Shown piece by piece: positions 1-10,499 of a DNA stretch of 64,000 nt; positions within the stretch are counted from its first letter, which is position 1, and the number at the start of each line of letters is the position of its first letter. The stretch is from NCBI GenBank assembly GCA_963758495.1, contig CAVWVI010000003.1:128001-192000 (forward strand), written 5' to 3'. The position numbers were made by a program, and so were the translations under genes. Source of the stretch: Oligoflexia bacterium (lineage in GTDB: Bacteria > Bdellovibrionota > UBA1018). Below the pieces are notes generated by a model. That model did not search any database, was not told the DNA's origin, and saw nothing but the letters and a program-made list of their open reading frames with translations.

Positions 1-784
1 TGAGAAGTTTCGTTTGCAATGACATGGGCATATCACCTATTTCATCCAAAAGAAGAGTTCCTCCATGCGCTGCTTCAAAAAGCCCTTCTTTCGAGCCTGT
101 GGCACCTGTAAAGGATCCCTTATCAAAACCAAAAAGTTCTGACTCAATCAATTGGTCTGGAACAGCTGCACAATTCAGTGCAATAAAAGGGCGATTGGCC
201 CGAGTACTCTGCTGATGAATACATCGTGCAACGAGTTCTTTTCCCGTACCACTTTCTCCAGATAATAAAACGGTTGCCTGAGTCGGCGAAACACGCTGAA
301 TGAGTGCTTTGAGTTCTTGCATAGAGGAGGATCGACCGACCATAAGATCACTACTTTCTCCTCCAGAAGTCGGTATATTTTGAGAGTGATCATAATTTCG
401 AGTTCTGGCTCTCTTTAAAGCTGCATCCACTGAAGACAAGAGCGCCTGTCGCTTAAAAGGTTTCGTTAAAAAATCGACTGCCCCCAACTTCATTGCCCAT
501 ACTGCATCTTCAATTCGGCCATAGGCTGTCATAAGAATGACTGGCATAGTCTCTCCACAAAGAGAGAGGGCACGAAGAAATTCCAACCCTCCTAATCGAG
601 GCATTCTCACATCTGTAATAATCAGATCTAAACCAGGACTCACCCTCCCTGGAGTCGGCCTTACATTCTCTAAAGCACTTTGGCCATCTACCGCGGTAGT
701 CACTTGATATCCTGCAAACTCTAGAATCTTTCGAGTTGATTCCAATGCCTGAGGGTCATCATCTACAAGTAAAATTTTCGGCAT
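1..784 (-). CDS. sigma-54-dependent response regulator (NtrC family), 3' end runs off the window
   Basis: Hand translation from ATG at 784: MPKILLVDDD receiver domain, Walker A GESGTGKE, ESELFG..KGSFTGA (GAFTGA-type loop), Walker B LLLDEIGDM. Absent from the ORF track because it is truncated. Confidence 0.93.
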   Translation of the reverse strand, partial: MPKILLVDDDPQALESTRKILEFAGYQVTTAVDGQSALENVRPTPGRVSPGLDLIITDVRMPRLGGLEFLRALSLCGETMPVILMTAYGRIEDAVWAMKLGAVDFLTKPFKRQALLSSVDAALKRARTRNYDHSQNIPTSGGESSDLMVGRSSSMQELKALIQRVSPTQATVLLSGESGTGKELVARCIHQQSTRANRPFIALNCAAVPDQLIESELFGFDKGSFTGATGSKEGLFEAAHGGTLLLDEIGDMPMSLQTKLL

Positions 785-2822
785 ATGAAATCTCCTCTAA
801 TTTTCTGAATCTGCCCATCTCCAACAAAGGCAAAAATAATTCAAAACACGCTCCTTCTCCGAGGGGACGATCCATATTTTGAATCATACCACCATGATCT
901 TCCAAAACTTTCTTAATAAATGAAAGACCCAAACCAGTCCCTTGCGCTCGAGTAGTTACAAATGGAGTAAATAATTTTTTTCTGACTTCAATTGATATAC
1001 CTGGCCCAGAATCTTCAATACGGAGCCAAACTTTTCCACTATCCGTATTTCCTAAACGCCATGAAATCATGGGTTGAGATTGTGTATTTTGCTTTTGCCC
1101 CTCAAGAGCCTGTAAGGAGTTTCTAAATAAATTTCCAAATACTTGCTCTAAAAGATCGCGATCAGCCCAAACTCTTAAATTGCACCCAGGCTCATTTGTC
1201 CAATTTACTTCAACTCCTTGGTCTTCGCAAGCAGGCGCATAGGTTGCAAAAACTGATTCTAAAACTTCACGCAAATCCACTACCATTTTCTGTCCATCAG
1301 ATAAGCGAGAAAGTTTAAGATAATTTTCAGTAATTTTTTGAAGTCGATCAACCGAGCCCAAGATCGATTGCAAAGATTGCTTTAAGCTCAGGTCTCCCAA
1401 CTTAAATGCCATTTCTGCTGCCATCTCTGCTTCTAGTCCGATCGAGTGAAGTGGATTTCTTACTTCATGTGCAACCTGAGCGGACATCCTACCTACGGCT
1501 GCAAGATTCTCTGCTTGCCTCAGTCTTTCTTGAAGATTCAATTCTTCGGTCAAATCATCCAAAACAATAATAGCACCGTTGGCTCGGCCATGCTCTTGCC
1601 GCAGGGGCATCAAATAGCCTCCAAAGATTTTTCCATCCAAGTTGAGTGGCCCCAACTTCCAAGTTTCCGCAATTTGCTGAAGTCGAATCAAAGACTGCTC
1701 GACTCCAGAGAATTCCTCTAAAAGTGCTTTAAGTTTTGGCCAAACTTTTAAATCTGAGCCCATAATTTGATCTTCCACCCCCCCTAGCCAACGGGAAGCT
1801 TCTGGATTACATTGAGTCACCTTACCATTTAAATCTGTCACTATTAGAATTGAATCAATACTATTTAAAATATTTTCATTCAATTCGCCCATATCTCTTA
1901 ACAACCGGTTTTGTTCCTGAAGTCGGCTTTTCTGAGTTTCTACGGTTTTTTCGCGCTCTAGAAGGGCCGTAGCCATATGATGAAATTCTCGAGCCAGCTG
2001 ACTGACTTCGTCGGAGCGAGTTAATGGAATTTCAGGTAGGAGCGACTTATCTTCTTTTCGAAGGCCACGTCGAGTAATTTCGCGCGCTAATCTGGTTAAC
2101 TCCGCCAGAGGGCGCAATGCTCGCTCTCCAAGCCAAAGCAATAAGAGAGACATAAGAACAACAATGATCAATATCATTTCCATTCCGGCTCGGAGTTCCA
2201 CTACCTGATTTTCAGCAGCCGCAAAATTTTGCCTAAGAGAACGCTCATATTCAGTCGTTCCCCACTGAAGCTGTCGCTTCCACTCCTCACTATTCGAAGT
2301 CCATCTTGTATAAATTTCGAGAGCAGACAATTCGTTTTTTTGATCCAACGCTAAGTAGAGCTTTGCAGCATCGTCTATTAATGACTTAAGACGAAGCGAG
2401 ATTGCATTCGCCCATTCTAGCCAATGAACACGAACTTCAGGATTAGCCCATTCTGATTCACTTTGAATAAGATCCTGAATTCTAGACATCTCATTTTCCA
2501 AGACATCTTCAATCCACTGAGGAGCCGGATGTAATTTCCAATGAGAATCTTTCCAATGCGAATTACCCAAGTTCCTTTCGAGCTCACGATGAAAGACTTC
2601 TGAATCGGATAACATTTGGGTAAATAATCTACCCAATGGCACGGATACATGATTAATCGCCTCTAAATGCTGATTGACTTCAGTAATTCTGTATAGGCAG
2701 ACCGTAGAACTCAGAAGAGACAGGAGGACCATAGCTCCCACAAAAGCCAAAATTCGCTGTCTGAGGGACCCTTTTTTAAGCAAAAAAAAGCGATGATATG
2801 CCATTCTTAAATAACATAACAT
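759..2822 (-). CDS. membrane sensor histidine kinase (HAMP, PAS-like, HisKA, HATPase)
   Basis: Two TM segments, HAMP (DEVSQLAREFHHM), H-box AHEVRNPL, N/G boxes (EDSGPG, GTGLGL); overlaps the start of the response regulator. Confidence 0.93.
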   Translation of the reverse strand: MLCYLRMAYHRFFLLKKGSLRQRILAFVGAMVLLSLLSSTVCLYRITEVNQHLEAINHVSVPLGRLFTQMLSDSEVFHRELERNLGNSHWKDSHWKLHPAPQWIEDVLENEMSRIQDLIQSESEWANPEVRVHWLEWANAISLRLKSLIDDAAKLYLALDQKNELSALEIYTRWTSNSEEWKRQLQWGTTEYERSLRQNFAAAENQVVELRAGMEMILIIVVLMSLLLLWLGERALRPLAELTRLAREITRRGLRKEDKSLLPEIPLTRSDEVSQLAREFHHMATALLEREKTVETQKSRLQEQNRLLRDMGELNENILNSIDSILIVTDLNGKVTQCNPEASRWLGGVEDQIMGSDLKVWPKLKALLEEFSGVEQSLIRLQQIAETWKLGPLNLDGKIFGGYLMPLRQEHGRANGAIIVLDDLTEELNLQERLRQAENLAAVGRMSAQVAHEVRNPLHSIGLEAEMAAEMAFKLGDLSLKQSLQSILGSVDRLQKITENYLKLSRLSDGQKMVVDLREVLESVFATYAPACEDQGVEVNWTNEPGCNLRVWADRDLLEQVFGNLFRNSLQALEGQKQNTQSQPMISWRLGNTDSGKVWLRIEDSGPGISIEVRKKLFTPFVTTRAQGTGLGLSFIKKVLEDHGGMIQNMDRPLGEGACFELFLPLLEMGRFRKLEEISYAENFTCR

Positions 2823-2917
2823 ACTTCTTCACCGCACGAAGTCCTGTTGCGCCGGGAATCCAAATCTTTAGAGCGCACGAGGATTTTCGTTTCAGTGCTT
2901 ACAGGGTTCTCTTCATC

Positions 2918-4549
2918 TCACTTCGGTTCATCTACCGTGGGTAACGTGGGCAATTCTAACCGAGGATAAATGGGCTTAGGCTCAACAGGCTGAAATGAAG
3001 CACCGCCCCATCGTAAGGCCTGAATAGCACCCTGCTCTGGCGGTGGAGTTAAGCCAATTTGTCTAAAGACTTCTGGCATTCCAAAAGGTAAAATAGACAT
3101 CCACGCAGTTGCAAGCCACCGGATGCCTTCCAATAAAGTATAAAGCACCTCTTCTAATTCAGCTATCGCCTCTGGCGTTCCTAATTTAGCGATCGCCCAG
3201 GGTTTAGTTCGATCGATATATAAGTTAAGAGTCCGAGAGCGCACAGAGCAAGCCGCCGCATAACCCGAAGGATCAGTTTTTTCCAAAGCCGACACAAGTT
3301 GAGCAGGGAGGCTTTCGAAAGAGGCACGAACTTCAGAAGAATGAGTCACTTTTTGCGGCATCTTCAGTGTTTGACCCGGAAAATATTTCCGAGCCATGCT
3401 GATCGATCGATTCACCAAGTTGCCCCAATCATTAGCGAGATCCGCATTATTCTTTAAAATCAGTGCTTCCCAGGTAAAATTACCATCTTGGGAAAATTGA
3501 TTCTCAGCAAGCATGTAATACCGAAATGGATCAGCCCCAGTGACTGCCATGACTTCATCGGGTGTTACGACATTACCGGTACTTTTAGACATCCGGTCAC
3601 CCTTGATAGTGATGTATCCATGAGCAAATACTCGCCGAGGAATCGGCAGATCGAGCGCCATCAACATTGCTGGCCAATAGACACAATGAAATCTGGAAAT
3701 ATCTTTTCCTATAATATGGACCTGTGCTGGCCACTTAGCATCGAAGGCTTTTGCTTGAGGACTGGTGGGATCGTTCAGTTTAAATTCCAATCCCGCTGCC
3801 GTCAGATAATTAATTAAAGCGTCAAACCAAACATAAACAATATGTTTGGAATCGAAAGGTAAAGGAATACCCCAGGTAAAAGTAGAACGTGAAACTGAGA
3901 AGTCCTTCAATCCAGACTGTATAAAATTAACAATCTCCGCACGGCGATATTCAGGTTGTAAAAAATCAGGCTGTTCTTCAAATAGCTTTAACAGCCTGTC
4001 CTGATACTTAGACAAACGAAAAAAATAATTGTCCTCTGAAATCCAGCGAGGAGGTTTACCATGAGCAGGACAAAGGCCATCTTTTAAATCTTTTTCAGTA
4101 TAATAAGCTTCGCAACTCTCACAATAAAGCCCTTCATATTTTGCCTGGTAAATATCACCTTGGTCGAATGCCTTCTGCACAAGAGCTTTCACTACTCTTT
4201 TATGGTCTTCATCAGAAGTCCTGATAAATCGATCATAGCTCATGCCCATCTGACGAAGTACTTTTTCAATATCTTCAGCCATTTGATCACAATAGACCTG
4301 AGGTGCAAGACCCTTACTTTCCGCGGCTCGTTGAACATTAATCGAGTGCTCGTCCATTCCGGTGGCAAAAAAGGTCTCCTTACCCATCAATCTTAGGCCA
4401 CGAACGAGCCAATCCGAACCTAAACACTCCCACGCCCAACCCACATGAATTCGGGAATTAGGATAAACAATAGCAGTGGTGACATAGTCAACTTTATTAT
4501 CTGAAAGCATATATAGAAAGGAACTACCCTTAAGTCCCCTTACCTGCAA
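2918..4549 (-). CDS. metG: methionyl-tRNA synthetase, short form; true start probably near 4510
   Basis: TTAIVYPN, TGMDEH, YDRFIRT, YVWFDALINY, GKDISRFH, RMSKS, DLANDWGNLVNR. Confidence 0.95.
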   Translation of the reverse strand: MQVRGLKGSSFLYMLSDNKVDYVTTAIVYPNSRIHVGWAWECLGSDWLVRGLRLMGKETFFATGMDEHSINVQRAAESKGLAPQVYCDQMAEDIEKVLRQMGMSYDRFIRTSDEDHKRVVKALVQKAFDQGDIYQAKYEGLYCESCEAYYTEKDLKDGLCPAHGKPPRWISEDNYFFRLSKYQDRLLKLFEEQPDFLQPEYRRAEIVNFIQSGLKDFSVSRSTFTWGIPLPFDSKHIVYVWFDALINYLTAAGLEFKLNDPTSPQAKAFDAKWPAQVHIIGKDISRFHCVYWPAMLMALDLPIPRRVFAHGYITIKGDRMSKSTGNVVTPDEVMAVTGADPFRYYMLAENQFSQDGNFTWEALILKNNADLANDWGNLVNRSISMARKYFPGQTLKMPQKVTHSSEVRASFESLPAQLVSALEKTDPSGYAAACSVRSRTLNLYIDRTKPWAIAKLGTPEAIAELEEVLYTLLEGIRWLATAWMSILPFGMPEVFRQIGLTPPPEQGAIQALRWGGASFQPVEPKPIYPRLELPTLPTVDEPK

Positions 4550-4671
4550 GCCGATAAATAAGGGAAAGGGTGTTGTGAAAAGTAAAAAGGATCTGGTATA
4601 TAACGCATGATATAAAGCAGATTAAAACTTTCAAGCTGGAACCCTGGCATACCTTATGCGAATACTTAAGA

Positions 4672-5643
4672 ATGAGCCAATTCGGGATTCCCTCCAATTT
4701 TGTTACTGGAAATTCGACCCGAATCAAACTTTGCATCCTTTTCCTTGTCCTGCTCCTTCATTTTTTATTATTCAAGGCTCACTTGGAGTGGTCAGCTCCT
4801 CTTGCTCATAAAACTCCACCCGTAGAAATTCAAAATATTGATCCCCGAAAATTAGAGACCATTCGTCGACAATGGAAAGACAAAAGCCTCCTTCTAGATC
4901 AAGATAAAAGTCGACCATCCGAAAAAGAAGCCCCCCCTGATGCGCGTTATCTGTCGGATCGAAATATTCATGTTGAAAAGGAACAGCGCGCTAAAGAGAC
5001 TGATGTTATTCCCAAACCGGGCCATCCCAATCAGCCTCAAAGTTCTGCCCAAACTGAGAAACACTCTCAGCCCAAGCACCGCGCCCAAACAAAACCGCTA
5101 CCCAAACTGGGAAACCTGGGAATCCCTTTTTCATTCGATAAAAAAGTAGATCCATCTCCAAAGTTAGCCCAGAATTCTCCCCAAAATTCCCAACGCAACT
5201 TAAGTTCATTTGCACCCGCAGGCGGAGATCAAGCGATTCCAGATAAAAATCTTCCGACCGGTAGTGAGAACTTATTGAATGCACAAGAGTCTGTTTACTA
5301 TTCATTTTACGCTCGATTATATGAGGCGATCGGCCCCATTTGGCAAAGTCGAATCCGACAAGTCCCCTATCAAAGGCGAGTCATGCCAGGAGAATACCGT
5401 ACGAGTGTCGACGTAGTCCTCGATAAAAATGGAAATGTGCTGGAAATTCGAAAATTACAAGGTTCAGGCATAGAGGAATTTGATAGTGCGGTAGATGAAG
5501 CTTGGAAAAAAGTGGGCAGATTTCCCAATCCCCCAGAAGGACTTCTCGACGGAGAAAGACATGTTCACACGGGTTGGACTTTCAGTGTTGATGTTGGACA
5601 AGGTTTTGGTGCAATGTCTCTCCCACCTGAGCGGAATTACTAA
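4672..5643 (+). CDS. TonB-family energy transducer-like protein
   Basis: N-terminal TM, Pro/Gln/Lys-rich linker, C-terminal TonB_C-like domain (SGIEEFDSAVDEAW..FPNPP). Confidence 0.75.
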   Translation: MSQFGIPSNFVTGNSTRIKLCILFLVLLLHFLLFKAHLEWSAPLAHKTPPVEIQNIDPRKLETIRRQWKDKSLLLDQDKSRPSEKEAPPDARYLSDRNIHVEKEQRAKETDVIPKPGHPNQPQSSAQTEKHSQPKHRAQTKPLPKLGNLGIPFSFDKKVDPSPKLAQNSPQNSQRNLSSFAPAGGDQAIPDKNLPTGSENLLNAQESVYYSFYARLYEAIGPIWQSRIRQVPYQRRVMPGEYRTSVDVVLDKNGNVLEIRKLQGSGIEEFDSAVDEAWKKVGRFPNPPEGLLDGERHVHTGWTFSVDVGQGFGAMSLPPERNY

Positions 5644-5714
5644 AGAATTTGAGAAACTCTCACATTTCTCAATTGAGAAGTGACCCCTAGCTCAATTTCA
5701 TCTTAAGTTGAGAG

Positions 5715-6500
5715 CTACATCATCAACTGATTCATAAATCTGTAAATCAAAAGAATCAAGAAAGCCATGAGCACGACTCGAACATCCCAACGCCTAGTAA
5801 ATAGATTTAAACTATCCAAAAAACTACGCTCCGATGGATACTTTCTCAATACTTCATGATCCATGACTCGTTCTAAGGACTCTAAAGAACTCAAGTTCCC
5901 CACAATCTTCGAGATCTCTTTGTCGATCTTGAAGTAAACATCCCGACATCGCGAGAGTGCTTGAGAGCAAGAAGCACAAGCCAATAGGTGATTTTGCAAA
6001 AATAATTGATCTCGATGAGACTCAATTTCCTCATCCAAAAACTTCTGGGTCCAAGGACGTCGAGAATGATATTCAGGGCATCGAATCCCTTGAGTTTTAG
6101 GGCCTGATGGATAAACCAAAGACGTACTCAACTGTAATCTCGCGCTCCAGCTCATTTCTTGAATTTCATCTGGGGTCTTCTTTAAAATTCGACTCAACCT
6201 TTCGTAAGACCATCGTCCGATATGGAGAGCCACAAGCAAAAATCTTTCCTCTAATGTTAAACGAAAAAATGTCCCACTGAGAAAATCAGCATTCATCAAT
6301 GTATTGGCTGCGGTGCCCTCGCTTTTTGCACGAACTAGAAGAGCAGTTGCGGCTTTTTCGAGGGTTCGCTCAGGAGTCAAATCAAGCAAGTTGACTGCGG
6401 CAAGAGTTTCTATAGCCGAACGCTCGGAATAAACAGGATCCATCCACAATGCATTACCGATTTTTGAAAATGTATTGAGATCTTCTTTTCGCATTTTCAA
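5715..6500 (-). CDS. hypothetical protein: sigma-70 region-4-like HTH, anti-sigma-type zinc finger, C-terminal TM
   Basis: LTLEERFLLVALHIGRWSYERLSRIL resembles region 4; HLLACASC fits HxxxCxxC; hydrophobic tail. Confidence 0.55.
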   Translation of the reverse strand: MKMRKEDLNTFSKIGNALWMDPVYSERSAIETLAAVNLLDLTPERTLEKAATALLVRAKSEGTAANTLMNADFLSGTFFRLTLEERFLLVALHIGRWSYERLSRILKKTPDEIQEMSWSARLQLSTSLVYPSGPKTQGIRCPEYHSRRPWTQKFLDEEIESHRDQLFLQNHLLACASCSQALSRCRDVYFKIDKEISKIVGNLSSLESLERVMDHEVLRKYPSERSFLDSLNLFTRRWDVRVVLMAFLILLIYRFMNQLMM

Positions 6501-6634
6501 TCTACCTAAAATCTAGTTTAAATGATGTATTCCTGTAGCACAAGCTTTCACACAGGAGTGCTCATGACATAGTTTTTGCATTCATTCCCCCTGGAAATAT
6601 TTACCTATCTCTGAACAAGAAATGAGGAATTTTT

Positions 6635-7234
6635 ATGAAACACGTACTTCCTGATCTCCCCTATCCCATCCACGCACTTGAACCCATCCTTTCAGCTGAA
6701 GCATTAGAATTTCATCATGGTAAACATCACAAAGGATATGTCGATAAACTGAATCAACTCATTCAAGGAACAGAATTCCAAGAAATGTCCCTGGAGGAAA
6801 TTATTGCAAATTCCAGTGGGCCTATTTTTAACAATGCGGCACAAGCCTGGAATCACACTTTCTTGTGGCACTCCATGATTCCACAACCTCAAGTGCCTCA
6901 AGGCCAATTTCTTCAGGCAATTGAACGGGACTTTGGCTCATTGGATCAATTTGCTGACAAATTCCAAAAAGCTGCGATTGACCGTTTTGGATCAGGTTGG
7001 GCCTGGTTAGTACGAAATGACTCTTCTGACAAACTCACCATTGAGACGACCTCTAACGCTGAAAATCCTCTTGTTGCCGGGAAAAAACCTTTACTCACCT
7101 GCGATGTCTGGGAACACGCTTATTACATTGATTATAGAAATGAAAGAGCACGCTATCTTCAATCATTCATGAAAATTTTAAATTGGGAATTCGCACAAAG
7201 AAATTTCGAGACTCCTTGGGCGATGGCGGCGTAA
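6635..7234 (+). CDS. sodB: Fe/Mn superoxide dismutase, probably Fe type
   Basis: HHGKHH, FNNAAQAWNH, FGSGWAWL, DVWEHAYY. Confidence 0.95.
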   Translation: MKHVLPDLPYPIHALEPILSAEALEFHHGKHHKGYVDKLNQLIQGTEFQEMSLEEIIANSSGPIFNNAAQAWNHTFLWHSMIPQPQVPQGQFLQAIERDFGSLDQFADKFQKAAIDRFGSGWAWLVRNDSSDKLTIETTSNAENPLVAGKKPLLTCDVWEHAYYIDYRNERARYLQSFMKILNWEFAQRNFETPWAMAA

Positions 7235-7260
7235 TCCTTGAGTATTACCCCACGTTCGAG

Positions 7261-7340
7261 TGTGAAAATACTAGTATTTTCACATTAATGAGCGTCTATT
7301 TAATAATAAATTGACAAGATGTATATAATATATATACCAT
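7261..7340 (+). promoter_or_regulatory. perfect 24-bp palindrome followed by a sigma70-like promoter
   Basis: TGTGAAAATACTAGTATTTTCACA (7261-7284) is self-complementary; TTGACA at 7311 and TACCAT at 7335. Confidence 0.5.
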
Positions 7341-7389
7341 ATAATATATACACTAATAAGGGGTAATTAAAACAAGGGGATGTAATTAA

Positions 7390-7695
7390 ATGCTTAAAAT
7401 AACACGGATTTTACTTTCGGTTTCATTACTCATCATCACTACCAACATAGCTCATGCAACAGGAGCGAGCAGTCTTGAGCCAGATGAGAAGGCCTTGATA
7501 CATGGCTTAAACAAACAATCCTTATCTGATCGAACCAAAGAAATGGCTAATATCAAAAAGCATAGCCCTCATGTGCATGCAAAAATAGTATCACATGTTC
7601 ATAATGTACCTGGCGGAAAGATGCCACTTACGTCTGGAAGTACTACGCCAGCACCTGGTGCAGCAACAGGGCGAATGAGAAGTCAAACTCAATAA
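7390..7695 (+). CDS. small secreted hypothetical protein
   Basis: Signal peptide ending in AHA; GGGGA RBS; AT-rich upstream region. Confidence 0.6.
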   Translation: MLKITRILLSVSLLIITTNIAHATGASSLEPDEKALIHGLNKQSLSDRTKEMANIKKHSPHVHAKIVSHVHNVPGGKMPLTSGSTTPAPGAATGRMRSQTQ

Positions 7696-7698
7696 AGA

Positions 7699-8800
7699 TT
7701 ACTTTGATTCAATCGGTAAACAACCCGCCTGAATCAAAGGCTCTAAAACTGAGCGAAGTTCGCTTTGCTGTGGTTTAGAGAATGATTCTGGATTAAGTTT
7801 TTTCAGTGCCGTTAGAAATCGAGGTACGTTGAAGTCACATTTCTTAAAAAGTACTTCGAAATCCTCTAACCCTGAGTTGTAGGTTTTATACTGAATTAAA
7901 GTCGCATTATTAATATCGCGCTTAAATTTTAAATCAGATTTTAACGTAAATAAAATTTTATTTTTGGCTGCTAATTTTTCAGAATCCATTTCATCTGAAG
8001 AATAGTGTTTCAATAACTCTTCATAAGCCTCATGGAGACGTAATTCTATTTTTTCACCCCTTTGCTCAGCCTCCTTATAAGCGATTTTTTCTGAAGATGA
8101 AGGCCCTCGCCTTTGATCCAAGTAAGCAAGAGTGAGATGATGAGCGATAAAGCTTGCAATACTTTCATTAAAAAAAGCCTGGGTTTTAATATAAATCGTG
8201 GCATGCACTGACTCATGAATGACCACATTCACTAAATCACCCAAACTTTCGTCACCATCCGAAATCATCGTAGAAAGAACCGCATCCCTAAACCACCCAA
8301 GAGTTGAATAGGCACTCGCCCCTCTCAAGTCTACATCCCAGCCTTCTTTTCTAAGATCTTCTGCAAATTGTTTTGCGGAAGCCAAATCAAACCAACCCAG
8401 ATAGGGAAATGATCCCACAAAAGGGAAACTCCATTCTTTGGACTTAAAATGAAGGGGTTCACAAGCACTCACCACATAAACTGCCGCATTGCGATTAAGT
8501 TTAACATACTCTGTATAATTGGCGGTCGGCGTGAGTCCATTCTGTTCTCCATACTTTTTGATACTAGGAATCTCACCTAAAAGTGATTTGATTCGAGGAG
8601 GTGTTCGCTCATCTTTCAGAACTTCAGAAATAGGTTGTGCATGAGTAAATAGGGAGAGTTGGCCCTGGCCAGCTTGCAACAGATATCGAACACTACCACA
8701 ACCCGTCATCAGCCCACTGCAAAGCGAACAGTAAAACAAGATGCTTGCTGTTTGGAGTCTGGCCTGAGCACTGGTCCAAGTATTGGCTCGAATACTAGCC
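7699..8800 (-). CDS. putative zinc aminopeptidase lipoprotein; start uncertain, the 5' part of ORF 7699..9261 overlaps the upstream gene
   Basis: Lipobox-like LMTGC, YLLQAGQGQ, AYSTLGWF, HESVH zincin motif, FNESIASF. Confidence 0.8.
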
Positions 8801-8806
8801 TGATCC

Positions 8807-9409
8807 CTAGAGGTAAATGGAAATACCGCCATTAATCGAGAAATTATTGCTCCAAGTTGAAATATTGCCGCCCGTGAGATAGGTAACGCCTTCTGTCCGA
8901 AGTGCAAACGAATCAAAAATGAAGATTTTAAGACCTGCACCCAAAAGCACCGTAAGCGAGTCATAAATCGCCGGAGGCGCCGCTCCCGTCGCGTAGGTTC
9001 CTGTTGCTTCTCGGTTGAGTTGACCGACTCCCATTTTAACGTAGGGCTGAAATCCAGATTTTTTTGATGTAAGTGCCTGGACCCAGTCCAGAGTGTAAAC
9101 CTGATCATGAAATGTCGTGTCCTCAACCTGATCAATATTGGTTCTATATAAGACATCTTGAACTGAAAATTCAATCTCGGACAAAGTAAAAAAGTGATAT
9201 CCAACTGAAACACCCCATCTACGGGTCCATTGAAAATTCGAGTCACCATAGTTGCTTTCACTAAATGAAAAGCTGCCGGAGATCTCTAGAACGCCCGCTT
9301 GAGCTTGCCACGAAAAATAAGAACTCACTGCAAATAACGTTAAAGTTAAAATTAAATTCTTCATAGCCTTTCCTACAACTCTTCTGGACCCCCTGACGCT
9401 ATTCGACAC
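8807..9409 (-). CDS. outer-membrane beta-barrel protein; start likely MKNLIL
   Basis: Signal peptide, alternating beta-strand pattern, C-terminal ISIYL. Confidence 0.75.
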   Translation of the reverse strand: MSNSVRGSRRVVGKAMKNLILTLTLFAVSSYFSWQAQAGVLEISGSFSFSESNYGDSNFQWTRRWGVSVGYHFFTLSEIEFSVQDVLYRTNIDQVEDTTFHDQVYTLDWVQALTSKKSGFQPYVKMGVGQLNREATGTYATGAAPPAIYDSLTVLLGAGLKIFIFDSFALRTEGVTYLTGGNISTWSNNFSINGGISIYL

Positions 9410-10499
9410 GAATTTGAGATAATTCCTCCATCAAGTGTTTCTTTTCGACTTCTTCCTGTTTTTGAAGCTTTTTATTTAATTTTTCAGCAGGGTCTAAGAC
9501 TTCAACTCGGATGCGCTGCGATTTTCCGTAAAATTTATCCGGGTACAAAATTTTCTCACCTACTTGTTGTCCCCCCGCCATTTTTGTAACCCAGTAGGAA
9601 TGAAGCATCTGATCTTCTTTTTCCGGCATATGGCGTAAATAACTTCCGGTCTTCTCCTTCGCAGGTTTACGAGAAGGATCATCTTTCTCCTCGGGCTCGG
9701 CGTCGTCAACAGGCAGGTCTCGTGGATGCTCTGGGAAGGTTCTCCCCTGGCGCCTAAGTACGGCTCGTATCGCTTCGATTCGATCGTTTTCTGGAACTCC
9801 AAGTTCATTCAATTTTGGTTTTAAAGAAGAAACAGAAATGGCGCTCGGCAATGCCGGAATGACACGTAAGAGTTTAAAATTTAAACTGGTTTCTTCACCC
9901 GCTTGAATTTTAACTTTTCGATTCGTTTCAAATCGATTTTCTAGGGTTGCCGAATTTTGAAGTGCAATGAGCTGGGTCTCTTCATGAGCTTGATTTAAAA
10001 GAAGAATGACTTTTGTATTTTTTAATCGTGCACGCCCTATGGAAGAAACGATTCGAAACTCTTCTTCACCATCTCCTACCTCAGCATAAATTTCGCCTCT
10101 ATAGAGAACAATGTGGTCTCCTTTAAAAAGAGGATCCGTTCTGAAATCTGGTAACTGAACAAAACTTTGCTTCGCCAGATGAATGCGAGGGCCGTTTTGA
10201 TGTCTGATTTCCGCCCACCCCTGATTTACAGATACCCAACTTCCACAAGGAAGATTTGCTCTTGAAGTTGCAGTAATGAGATGAGTTCGATTAGCATCCA
10301 GTATTTGCACATCCCCCGTAAAGGCTTCTAAAACTCCACAAGGGACTGCGGGTCGAACACTTGAAGGAACTTCGGAGGACTTATCCTCTGCACAACTTCC
10401 CGAAGAAATTTTAAGAAAATTCAAAATGAAGAGTAAAATAACTGGCAAAATAATGAAGCGAGCGCTAGAGTTCCGAAGCAGTTGCATTCTGCACCTCAC
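9399..10499 (-). CDS. secreted FecR-like domain protein
   Basis: Signal/TM followed by a FecR-like beta-rich segment (GDVQILD..LYRGEIYAEV). Confidence 0.55.
   Translation of the reverse strand: MRCRMQLLRNSSARFIILPVILLFILNFLKISSGSCAEDKSSEVPSSVRPAVPCGVLEAFTGDVQILDANRTHLITATSRANLPCGSWVSVNQGWAEIRHQNGPRIHLAKQSFVQLPDFRTDPLFKGDHIVLYRGEIYAEVGDGEEEFRIVSSIGRARLKNTKVILLLNQAHEETQLIALQNSATLENRFETNRKVKIQAGEETSLNFKLLRVIPALPSAISVSSLKPKLNELGVPENDRIEAIRAVLRRQGRTFPEHPRDLPVDDAEPEEKDDPSRKPAKEKTGSYLRHMPEKEDQMLHSYWVTKMAGGQQVGEKILYPDKFYGKSQRIRVEVLDPAEKLNKKLQKQEEVEKKHLMEELSQIRVE

Noticed and set aside
8800..9261. 5' extension of the aminopeptidase ORF
   Set aside because: Overlaps the beta-barrel gene in another frame; the family-like sequence starts near the lipobox.
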